Shown piece by piece: positions 41,283 to 49,537 of a stretch of 64,000 nucleotides of DNA. The notes under the pieces were generated by a model, which was not told the origin of the DNA, ran no database searches, and saw only the letters and a list, made by a program, of their open reading frames with translations. The translations under genes and the position numbers were made by a program. The DNA is from a candidate division WWE3 bacterium (GTDB taxonomy: Bacteria; Patescibacteriota; WWE3; UBA101185; UBA10185), in NCBI GenBank assembly GCA_052035175.1, contig JBPOHV010000001.1, positions 772,228-836,227 of the forward strand. The letters run 5' to 3'. The number at the start of each line of letters is the position of its first letter. Positions within the stretch are counted from its first letter, which is position 1.

Positions 41283-41480
41283 GATATTCTCCTTTTAGAA
41301 AAAAATGTGAGGGCAGGAACTGCCTTTTTTCAATCTCCAATCGCTTGGAAACTCAAAAAAGGCATTCTGCCTTACCATCTTTTCAAGAAGATAATCATTA
41401 TGCTTTAACCGTTATACGCCTTTTCAAAGTGCTTCCCGCTAAGCGGGAAAGCTTAAACAGAATCATCTTCACCCACATAA
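41283..41480 (-). promoter_or_regulatory. AT-rich 5' leader of the GC-rich gene at 40902..41282; copy B of the duplicated leader.
   Basis: See copy A. Contains the hairpin gcttcccgctaagcgggaagc at the position where copy A has ttagctataagctaa. Confidence 0.5.
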
Positions 41481-41736
41481 AATGAGGGATAAAAAGGAAT
41501 AAATCCTTCCAAGCTTTTAATTTGCTTGGGTGATTTCTGAATGAACAAATAGTACTATAGGTATCACTTTTTGTCAAGAGCTATAGGATATATTACGAGA
41601 ATATGGCTTTGCTAAGAGAACAATTACAGGCTGTAGTGAAAGGGTTATATGGGCTTATAACGCATTTCGCCCCTTTGGTAGTATCCAAGATCTGCCTCAC
41701 GACAGGTATAATTTGGACTTTCCAAAGGGGCGATAA

Positions 41737-42021
41737 TCATCTTCCGGTGTACCATTCTTGGTCCCACCAAAAGAAAAGTCCAGGTGCTATGGGCGTTGAC
41801 CAGTAGCTGTTAACTTCTACTCCCCCTTGTTGGGGGTAATAGAAACAAACATAGTTCTTTTGTACAAGAATTGCGGACAAAGATTGTCCGCCAAACTCGT
41901 ACTGGGAAAAAACTGCCCTGTTAATACACTGGTTTCTGGCATAAACTGCCAGAAAGTGTAGTGTAAAACAAAAGAAAAAGGTTATCAATGAAAGCCAGAT
42001 AAACTTTTGCACTTTAGACAT
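41737..42021 (-). CDS. Small membrane-anchored hypothetical protein (94 aa).
   Basis: GGAGG SD upstream of the ATG at 42021. TM segment FIWLSLITFFFCFTLHFLAV. Confidence 0.45.
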   Translation of the reverse strand: MSKVQKFIWLSLITFFFCFTLHFLAVYARNQCINRAVFSQYEFGGQSLSAILVQKNYVCFYYPQQGGVEVNSYWSTPIAPGLFFWWDQEWYTGR

Positions 42022-42087
42022 GGGAACCTCCGGGGAAAAATAAGAATTTTGGTGCGGATATTATATCATGGCTATAGGTCTAATATG

Positions 42088-43437
42088 TTATTCAATCAAC
42101 GAAGATATTCTTTGTGCAGCAGTTATGTTTGGGAATTTAGGATTCACCTTGGTCAAAGCGCTATTACAAGCGTACTGCAGATCTTCATACGCGCGTTCAT
42201 ACTTATTGATTTCAGATGCATGGAGCTCACCAAAAATTGGATCTTGTAAAAGGAAGTCTTCTAGAGATTCATTTTGAAGCACAGGGCACGCCTCACATAA
42301 ATCACGCCACATATTTTCACTTGTATAAAACTTGTCTTCGTTACCTATTGTGTTAGATATGAGTGCTTGCATAAAATAGCCAGATCTAAACAAATTGTAT
42401 ATATTTCTAATCTCTTGTCCTTCTACACTCGTATCAGGCAATTCATGATCACAGTCCCCAACTTCACAAGCGATAGACACATTGTGAGCGCTAAAATTAC
42501 CATGCCAGTGCCCTCCACCAATCATACCTGCCAAATTTAAAATCATTTGTTTTCTAAAAGACATTGCATATGAATTAAAAGAAAAGTCATCACCCATATG
42601 GACAGCACAGCCCAAAGAATACTGAGTATTATGCTTTTTGTTGTAACTGTGTACTTCTTTTGCGTCAGATATAAAAGTAAAAGCACGACCTGCAATAACG
42701 TCTATTGTATTTCTTGCATTTATTGTCAAAGAATCAACATCTGGGGACGAACTAGGATCAAGCGACAATGTCGTGGATTCATATAAACTGTTTACGCGCA
42801 AATTAGAAGCCCACAAACGTTGTAACGCGCCAAGCGAAACAGACGGTTTAAATACTTTACCTGCAAAAACAAATTTATCATAAGCAAGCGTCGGTAAAAA
42901 TTTACATGTGAGCACGCCATCTTTTTCCATTTTTAAAATATGCTCGATGTCAAAAGCAAGGTCTGATAATGTTTCTACACCCATAGGTTCGCCAGAATCA
43001 TCTTGCTTATCAGCATAACGCTTGAAATGAGAAGACTTTGTCACATTAACTCCTTTCACATCGTGCGCTGTGTATACACGGTCATCCAAAACCCAACCTT
43101 CTTCAAAAGTGACCGCTTTACCACCAAAAGGATACGCTACTGCTGTGACACTAGACTCTTCTGGAGCTACTACACACACACTATATTCGTGTGCAAACTT
43201 TTCTCCGCCATCATACATAGGGACATGCTTTACAGGTGAAATACCCAACTGCGTGAGCAGCTCTTTATCTCTACCACTCAATGGGCTATTAAATTGAGAC
43301 ATTTCTGTTGTATACATTTGAGCGTCTTCGCCTTGATAACCAAGCTCCAATACCGTTGCTACATGCCCAGGGGTTTTAACTATATGCTCAGTATTATAAA
43401 TATACGTGACCATGTCTGGACCAAATGGATACGTCAT
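42088..43437 (-). CDS. Hypothetical protein (449 aa) with a kinase-like catalytic-loop motif; last gene of the RHH operon.
   Basis: GGGHWHGNFSAHN resembles HipA DxHxKNFS and APH HGDxxxxN catalytic loops. A weak match only. Confidence 0.4.
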   Translation of the reverse strand: MTYPFGPDMVTYIYNTEHIVKTPGHVATVLELGYQGEDAQMYTTEMSQFNSPLSGRDKELLTQLGISPVKHVPMYDGGEKFAHEYSVCVVAPEESSVTAVAYPFGGKAVTFEEGWVLDDRVYTAHDVKGVNVTKSSHFKRYADKQDDSGEPMGVETLSDLAFDIEHILKMEKDGVLTCKFLPTLAYDKFVFAGKVFKPSVSLGALQRLWASNLRVNSLYESTTLSLDPSSSPDVDSLTINARNTIDVIAGRAFTFISDAKEVHSYNKKHNTQYSLGCAVHMGDDFSFNSYAMSFRKQMILNLAGMIGGGHWHGNFSAHNVSIACEVGDCDHELPDTSVEGQEIRNIYNLFRSGYFMQALISNTIGNEDKFYTSENMWRDLCEACPVLQNESLEDFLLQDPIFGELHASEINKYERAYEDLQYACNSALTKVNPKFPNITAAQRISSLIE

Positions 43438-43474
43438 AGTCTTTGTACCTTCTTTTCTATTTTCTTTATTAAAA

Positions 43475-43978
43475 CTAATTCTTACCTATACTTTGTTGCC
43501 TTATTACAGGTATATAATTTAATGCTTGAGTGTGAATCTTCAATTTCTTTTCTGAGTCTTTTATATCTTTAAGACACTCCGCAGATTTTAAAATAGCTTC
43601 ATCAGAGGTAAGTGCATCTTGTCTAAATGTAGCGAGGTCAGCTTTACTCTTTTCTAAAAGTTCTGAGTAATAAGTTTGCAACATAGTAATTATTCTTTCG
43701 GCACCTATAGCTGGCGACGATATACTCATAGTTTCTGTAGGAGAACGAAACTTTTGATTGAACAATGAAGCAAAAGCGTCATAATCAGCAGTCAACTCAT
43801 CGACTCGCCTATCTTGTACTTCTGGAAGATCACCAGATTCTCTAACAAAGTCAACCAAACCCTCCATACACATACGCGCGTCGATAAATGATTGTGAAAA
43901 TGCTTCTTTATCTGGTATTTCTGTATTTCGAGGAATTTCATTATGAGGAAAGTCTAGTGTTGTTAATGTGTTATGCAT
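43475..43978 (-). CDS. Hypothetical protein (167 aa).
   Basis: ORF with tight spacing (17 nt and 37 nt) to its neighbours on the same strand. Confidence 0.45.
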   Translation of the reverse strand: MHNTLTTLDFPHNEIPRNTEIPDKEAFSQSFIDARMCMEGLVDFVRESGDLPEVQDRRVDELTADYDAFASLFNQKFRSPTETMSISSPAIGAERIITMLQTYYSELLEKSKADLATFRQDALTSDEAILKSAECLKDIKDSEKKLKIHTQALNYIPVIRQQSIGKN

Positions 43979-43995
43979 ATATTTATTCTAACAAA

Positions 43996-46059
43996 TCAAA
44001 GTACATCCGCCATTTTTAGTGCTGCATGATATACAACTGGCTTTTGACGGACTTCTTGTGTTACTTTATCGACAACTTTTACATAAGTTACCTCTGGTAA
44101 GTTAGCAGATCGACGCAAAGCGTTTACTTCTACCAAATCCCAACCTTGCTCGTCTGAGGCCAACATATATTGGCTCGCGTGCGCTCTCTCACCAACACCA
44201 AGCCTACGTAGATGCCCAGCTCTTGTAAAAGCTATCAAAGTGTCTTCTTCTTCTTTAGTTTTTTTCCCTCTTCCATAATTAATATTTAGATCTGTGGCTT
44301 CATTGCATGTAATTTCAGCTAAATGTGCTAAAACCATAACTTCAAACCAATTAGTATTATCATTGTATGCACCATATCTAGACATATCTTTACGAGTTTG
44401 TGGATCTAATAGTTTCTTATGTTTATCTAATAAAAGTCGTATTGTGCATTTACCTACGGCTACATCTACAATATATTCAGATTTAGTTTTGCCATTAAAT
44501 TTATAAGTTATTGATGAATAACCCAGACCACGTAAGCTTTGATCCCCTATCTCGCATTGCGTGCCACGAGGACTTATAGATCTACGAAAGTCAATTTTCA
44601 AACGATTTGCAACTTTACCTTTTTTTTCTACTAAATCTGTTGGTAATGATTCGGGTGACAACCAATTTATACATGTCGCGACTTCGGCACTTTTCAACAC
44701 AGGATTATCAGTTTGCCTTTCGAGATTTGCAAGTACAAGGCCTCTAAAATATCCGTGTTGTTCTTCGGGGTGTAACTTTTTATCTGGTACATGTATAACA
44801 GTAGGTTCACCAGGCAAAGTCAAAAAAACATGAGCATTCAAACCTTTTTGCCTAGAAAATCTCCCATAGTCTGCATATATCATTTCCCTAAGAGAGCCAA
44901 TATTTGTAGATATAACATTATATGGAAAAACATTTCTTTCTTCATCTGGAATTTCTGTAAGCGCTGTCGAGTCTTCGTCACCATAAAATAATGCTAAAGC
45001 AGCAAGGCGGCGTTCAAGTACAGCGCGTTGCCTACGATCTGAAATTGTATCTAGAAGGTTACGTGCGTGTATTTCTTTTGATAACATGCCTATCGTTTTA
45101 ATATTTCCAGATGGGTTACTAGAATCATCAAATGCAAGGGTGTCTGGGTGCACGAGACTAAACTTTTCTGAATTTAAGCGCTGTGCAACTAAGGGTTGTA
45201 ATGTCTTAATAATATAATTATAAGCTGGATCAGCGTCTAGCATTTTTGTGACTGCCTTTTTACGCTTGTTTCTCCACTCATTATGGTTATCTGGTGTATA
45301 TAACTTTCCATACCAATCACAAAATAATTCGACTTCGGAATATTTTTTAAAAATCTCATCATTAGCAGATAGAAAACCATTAGCAAAATTTAATCTATAA
45401 GCATTTGCAGAATTACCAATCGTTATATCGCTATTACTACACAATATATTCAATACATATGCAATCTTTGCAGCGTCACCGTCGTCCAAACCCACTTCTG
45501 CTAATAAATAAGATGTCTCTACTACGTGTTTAGTTTGTTCTATCTGATTACCTTTTGGCTCACGCGAAAGTAAACCTTTCAAAATCGCATGGCTATATTT
45601 AGAATGCAATGAGTTTGCTGTAGCAGATGTGATTAAATCTAAAGCTCTTTCTTGTGTAAGAGGTAAGCTTTGCAAACTACTCTTTTCTGCAACACGTAAC
45701 AAAGAATTATGTATAGAACTACGCATGCTATTAATTAATTTTGATGTTTCCGGATTTAATTGGGCAATTTCTTCTAAATTTCTAAAAACCCCAGGCAAAA
45801 GTTGGGAATTATTAATTAATGTTGTAGATACTGAGTTAGTAACTGCCTCCATACGAGCTTTATCACCCAAAGCCGCACTATAATCTGCACATAAATTGGT
45901 CGTCAATAAATATGCCTGTTGATCTAAGCTACTATCGTCGTTAAAAACGGATTCATTTGAGGACATGGGCATACCTGCATAAGCATTACCTTTAGTTCCG
46001 CGGTTTTTACCTTTTAATTTTTCTTCTTCTGGAAAATAAGGGATATCTTCAAAGTGCAT
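43996..46059 (-). CDS. Hypothetical large protein (687 aa).
   Basis: Long ORF. No family recognised. Immediately downstream of the small RHH gene. Confidence 0.5.
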   Translation of the reverse strand: MHFEDIPYFPEEEKLKGKNRGTKGNAYAGMPMSSNESVFNDDSSLDQQAYLLTTNLCADYSAALGDKARMEAVTNSVSTTLINNSQLLPGVFRNLEEIAQLNPETSKLINSMRSSIHNSLLRVAEKSSLQSLPLTQERALDLITSATANSLHSKYSHAILKGLLSREPKGNQIEQTKHVVETSYLLAEVGLDDGDAAKIAYVLNILCSNSDITIGNSANAYRLNFANGFLSANDEIFKKYSEVELFCDWYGKLYTPDNHNEWRNKRKKAVTKMLDADPAYNYIIKTLQPLVAQRLNSEKFSLVHPDTLAFDDSSNPSGNIKTIGMLSKEIHARNLLDTISDRRQRAVLERRLAALALFYGDEDSTALTEIPDEERNVFPYNVISTNIGSLREMIYADYGRFSRQKGLNAHVFLTLPGEPTVIHVPDKKLHPEEQHGYFRGLVLANLERQTDNPVLKSAEVATCINWLSPESLPTDLVEKKGKVANRLKIDFRRSISPRGTQCEIGDQSLRGLGYSSITYKFNGKTKSEYIVDVAVGKCTIRLLLDKHKKLLDPQTRKDMSRYGAYNDNTNWFEVMVLAHLAEITCNEATDLNINYGRGKKTKEEEDTLIAFTRAGHLRRLGVGERAHASQYMLASDEQGWDLVEVNALRRSANLPEVTYVKVVDKVTQEVRQKPVVYHAALKMADVL

Positions 46060-46094
46060 GCTGAAATTATAGCAAGAGATTAATTTGATTATGC

Positions 46095-46208
46095 TTAAAG
46101 TAGTATTTTTTTCAAAGCTTTTTCGACAACATCTTGTAAAGTCATATCATGCTCAATTGCATACAACTGAGCGAGCTTTTTTACTGTGCTATCAAGCATA
46201 ATAGTCAT
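46095..46208 (-). CDS. Small ribbon-helix-helix (CopG/antitoxin-like) protein; first gene of a four-gene operon.
   Basis: ATG at 46208 with AAGGTGA SD. MTIMLDSTVKKLAQLYAIEHDMTLQDVVEKALKKILL has a beta-strand/helix/helix pattern typical of RHH. Confidence 0.5.
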   Translation of the reverse strand: MTIMLDSTVKKLAQLYAIEHDMTLQDVVEKALKKILL

Positions 46209-46442
46209 CTTCACCTTCGAACTATTTGCAGGTAATTTAAAAATTACCGAGTTAGATTTTCTTTTAGTCACAGCCACAAATACAGTATAACCGTATATAC
46301 GGATTGCCGCAAGTCTGTATAAATAGACAACGCACATTGGAATCACCGCTGGTTTTTCTTTTGTTGCTTCAGTAAGAGAACAAATTTTCTAACGTACATA
46401 GCTTGTAAAGTTTTTTTTATGATTTAGTATTTGATCTAAGAT

Positions 46443-46480
46443 ACATGCTTCTGCTGTCCAGAAGCATGTGCGCTTTTTGT
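46443..46480. repeat. Perfect hairpin (11-bp stem) plus T-tract, followed to 46560 by further nested inverted repeats.
   Basis: acatgcttctgc-tgtc-cagaagcatgt then gcgcttttt. Further on, gaaaaacgccc...ggagcgtttttc. Confidence 0.5.
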
Positions 46481-46569
46481 ATCGCTTTGGCGGTACGGAA
46501 ATTATCGAAAAACGCCCTGTACAAGACGCTTTATATGTCGCTTGCAACGGAGCGTTTTTCTTTTTGTGT

Positions 46570-46977
46570 CTAAAGGGACAGTCCTAAATCGTCCCTTCTA
46601 TTCTTTTCAAAATAGTTTCTAATAGTTGTTAAATCCTCTAGTGAGGCCAATAAACGTGCTTTGTATCTTCCTTGAAACAAGTGTCCTACTCTCCCATATT
46701 TATAATTAAAATATAAAACGTACCTGATACAAACTGATCGCATCATTTTTTCTATATCTCTTTCTTTATTTTGAAAAATTAATAAATGAAAATGATTTTT
46801 TACATAAACATGATCTAGCAAAAGAACATTGTTCTTATTAACAGCAGCAAATAAATATTTATGAAAGACAAAATAATCTTTTTCCTCCAAAAATATATCT
46901 CGCTTCTCTACACCACGATTATAAATATGATAATAGCTTTCACATACATATTTTTTTAATATATTTTTACCAGGCAT
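46570..46977 (-). CDS. REP-associated tyrosine transposase (RAYT) / IS200-like Y1 HuH transposase, paralogue 1.
   Basis: 135 aa. YHIYNRGVEKR...NHFHLLIF (HuH) ... GRVGHLFQGRYKARLL (catalytic Tyr). The last codons DDLGLSL* are encoded by the REP. Confidence 0.75.
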   Translation of the reverse strand: MPGKNILKKYVCESYYHIYNRGVEKRDIFLEEKDYFVFHKYLFAAVNKNNVLLLDHVYVKNHFHLLIFQNKERDIEKMMRSVCIRYVLYFNYKYGRVGHLFQGRYKARLLASLEDLTTIRNYFEKNRRDDLGLSL

Positions 46978-47115
46978 AACCCAAATCTATACCTAAGATA
47001 AATTTTTTCCAGAATCAAATTTCTAGTAAAAATAGAATATACAGGGACAGTCCCTAAAGTAAGCCAAAACAAGGCTAAAACATTACATTGAAAGGGTCCG
47101 TTTAGGACTGTCCCT
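46571..47115 (-). mobile_element. RAYT/IS200-like unit 1: Y1 HuH transposase gene flanked by cognate REP-like palindromes.
   Basis: Left REP gggacagtcctaaatcgtccc (46574-46594). Right REPs agggacagtccctaaag (47043-47059) and inverted tttaggactgtccct (47101-47115). Confidence 0.7.
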
Positions 47116-47129
47116 ATGCTACACTTGTC

Positions 47130-48116
47130 TTGATGGCAAAGAAAAATTTTGTTGTTGATTCAACAAAAAAACTAGAAAAAGATGAAGTGCACGAACTAGC
47201 GCGTGAGGAAGTACCACTAGTCCTCAAATTGCTTATTGCGCTTTTATGCACAATATTGGGATTCAACTTCGCAAATGGTGAATTTTTTGCACTATTCCCT
47301 CTATTTGGTTCTGTACTATTGAGTGAGATCTTATTTTCAGCTCTAGCAGGTGGATTTGGATATTTCGTAATACCAGTTGTATATATAACAGCTAAATACG
47401 CACTATACAGATTTATATTTGAAGTCGTAAGCGACATCGTCTCTAATTTTTGGGAACAACAAACAAAGCGTATGCATGAAGTACGAAGACTAAAACAAAA
47501 AGAAAAGGCTAAAAAGCTCAAAGAAGATATTTCTGGTGGTACAGTGCTAGACACATCGGTACTTGTCGACGGAAGAATTTCTGATATAACACGCTTGGGA
47601 TTCATTCCTAGAAAACTCATTATACCAACACCGGTAATGTCTGAACTTCATCTTATTTCTGACAGCGAAGACAATTTAAAAAGACAAAAGGGCCGCCGTG
47701 GACTAGATACAGTCAATCTGTTACGCAAAGAAAAAGATCACTTACTACTCTTTCCAGAATTTACTGGCAAAACAAGCCTAGTTGATAAAACACTTGTTGA
47801 ATTTTGCAAAAAACATAAATTGGGCCTTATGACTTTGGATTTTAATCTAAATAAGTTAGCTGCTACACAAGGTATAAAGATACTTAATATCAATGAGTTA
47901 GTTGAAGTGATAAAGTCGAAATATTTACCGGGCGAAAAATTTATAATCAAAATATTACAAGAAGGAAAAGAAGATAATCAAGGCGTTGGATATTTGGAAG
48001 ACGGGACTATGATAGTAGTAGAAGAAGCAAAAGATAAAGTTGGCCAAGAACTTGAAGTCACAGTAAAAAAAGTTATACAAGGGCCTGCTGGCAAAATGCT
48101 TTTTTGCAAGCTGTAA
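47130..48116 (+). CDS. PIN plus TRAM domain membrane-associated protein (YacL-like).
   Basis: N-terminal TM helices. PIN: VLDTSVLVDGRISDI...IIPTPVMSEL. C-terminal TRAM: GEKFIIKILQEGKEDNQGVGYLEDGTMIVVEEAKDKVGQELEVTVKKVIQ. Confidence 0.7.
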   Translation: MMAKKNFVVDSTKKLEKDEVHELAREEVPLVLKLLIALLCTILGFNFANGEFFALFPLFGSVLLSEILFSALAGGFGYFVIPVVYITAKYALYRFIFEVVSDIVSNFWEQQTKRMHEVRRLKQKEKAKKLKEDISGGTVLDTSVLVDGRISDITRLGFIPRKLIIPTPVMSELHLISDSEDNLKRQKGRRGLDTVNLLRKEKDHLLLFPEFTGKTSLVDKTLVEFCKKHKLGLMTLDFNLNKLAATQGIKILNINELVEVIKSKYLPGEKFIIKILQEGKEDNQGVGYLEDGTMIVVEEAKDKVGQELEVTVKKVIQGPAGKMLFCKL

Positions 48117-48178
48117 ACTTGCAAAACCTCTTTTTTACAGGCTGTAAACTTGCAGAACTTCCTTTTTACAAGTTCTAG
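48100..48178. terminator. Tandem near-repeated hairpin units of about 32 bp between the convergent PIN-TRAM and radA genes.
   Basis: ttgcaagctgtaaacttgcaaaacctcttttttac / aggctgtaaacttgcagaacttcctttttac, each with the stem-loop gcaag-ctgtaaa-cttgc and a T-run. Confidence 0.55.
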
Positions 48179-49506
48179 GGTGATAAGCTTTTTTTGATAG
48201 CATCTGGCAAAGAAGAAACCGTATCAGAAGAAACTACACGTGAAAATCCTAGTTTTTTGGCTTCTTTGATGCGCTTTTCGATATGAGATATTTTGCGTAA
48301 CTCACCTCCCAAACCACATTCACCAAATGCGCATATACCATCTTTTAAAGCAATGTCTTTAATAGAAGAAGCAACCGACAAACACACAGCCAAATCTGCT
48401 GCATACTCTGAAATATTAAACCCACCTACTACGTTTAGATATACATCATAGCTGCTTACAGGAACTCCACAGCGTCTTTCGAGTATAGCTAAGAGTACTT
48501 GTAATCTATTTGCGCTAAAACCGCTGGTACGTCTTACTGGATAACCGTAACTAGTTTTTACAGTGAGCGCTTGTATCTCAAACAAGATAGGACGAAAACC
48601 TTCCATAGTAACTGTAATACATGAGCCAGGTCGATTTTTATAATTTTCCAAAAATACTTGTGACGGATTTTCTACTTGCACCATACCTTCATTTTTCATT
48701 TCAAAAACCCCAACCTCAGAAACTGCGCCAAATCTATTTTTACTGGTTTTGAGAATTCTAAATATATTTTGTGTATCACCTTCCAAAATAAGTACTGTGT
48801 CTACTATGTGCTCCAGAACTTTTGGTCCGGCAACTTCGCCTTCTTTAGTCACATGGCCTACCAATACAAACGGAACATGAATCCGTTTGGCCACTTGAGT
48901 AAACAACTGAGCACAGTTGCGAAGTTGCCCAACAGAACCAGCCATGCCACTAAGACCATCGGCACTAAACATTTGTATAGAATCAATTATTACCAAATTG
49001 ATATCGTCTTTTTCTACATTACTTTCTATCAAATCACATACACTTTGAGCATTTGTTTCTTGCACAACAAACATATTTTCACCCTTATAACCCAGACGCT
49101 CAGCTCTAATTTTTATTTGCTGCGTGCTCTCTTCTGCAGCTACATACAAAACATTTTTTTGAAGCATTTTGGATATTTCTAACAAAATAGTACTTTTACC
49201 TATTCCAGGTTCTCCAGCTATCAAAATAACTTGACCGGGAACAAATCCCCCACCCAGCACTCTATCTACCTCTGGCATGTTTGAAGAAATACGATCTACT
49301 TTTGTTGATTTTGTTTTTGAAAGAGGTGTTAATTCATAATTTAAATTTGGCCTAGATTTGACAGTCATACTACCACTAGCATTTGTGCTAGAAATTAAAT
49401 TTTCTTCAAATGAATTCCATTCCTGGCATTTTGGACATTGACCAAGCCAACTAGAAGTTTCATAAGAACAATTTTTACAAACAAAAACTTTGCGTATCTT
49501 AGACAT
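48175..49506 (-). CDS. radA: DNA repair protein RadA/Sms.
   Basis: N-terminal zinc ribbon CKNCSYETSSWLGQCPKCQEW, RecA-like GEPGIGKSTILL, and the KNRFG motif. Confidence 0.9.
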   Translation of the reverse strand: MSKIRKVFVCKNCSYETSSWLGQCPKCQEWNSFEENLISSTNASGSMTVKSRPNLNYELTPLSKTKSTKVDRISSNMPEVDRVLGGGFVPGQVILIAGEPGIGKSTILLEISKMLQKNVLYVAAEESTQQIKIRAERLGYKGENMFVVQETNAQSVCDLIESNVEKDDINLVIIDSIQMFSADGLSGMAGSVGQLRNCAQLFTQVAKRIHVPFVLVGHVTKEGEVAGPKVLEHIVDTVLILEGDTQNIFRILKTSKNRFGAVSEVGVFEMKNEGMVQVENPSQVFLENYKNRPGSCITVTMEGFRPILFEIQALTVKTSYGYPVRRTSGFSANRLQVLLAILERRCGVPVSSYDVYLNVVGGFNISEYAADLAVCLSVASSIKDIALKDGICAFGECGLGGELRKISHIEKRIKEAKKLGFSRVVSSDTVSSLPDAIKKSLSP

Positions 49507-49537
49507 ATGACTATCTTAACAAAGAATTCTTAAATAT

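Noticed and set aside
41760-41800. gaaaagtccaggtgctatgggcg resembles the RNase P RNA P4 region (GGAAAGUCCGGGCUCCAUAGGGCA).
   Set aside because: It is only a match of about 16 of 22 positions. It lies inside a well-supported minus-strand CDS (41737..42021). No other conserved RNase P blocks (for example ACAGAACCCGGCUUA) are present nearby.
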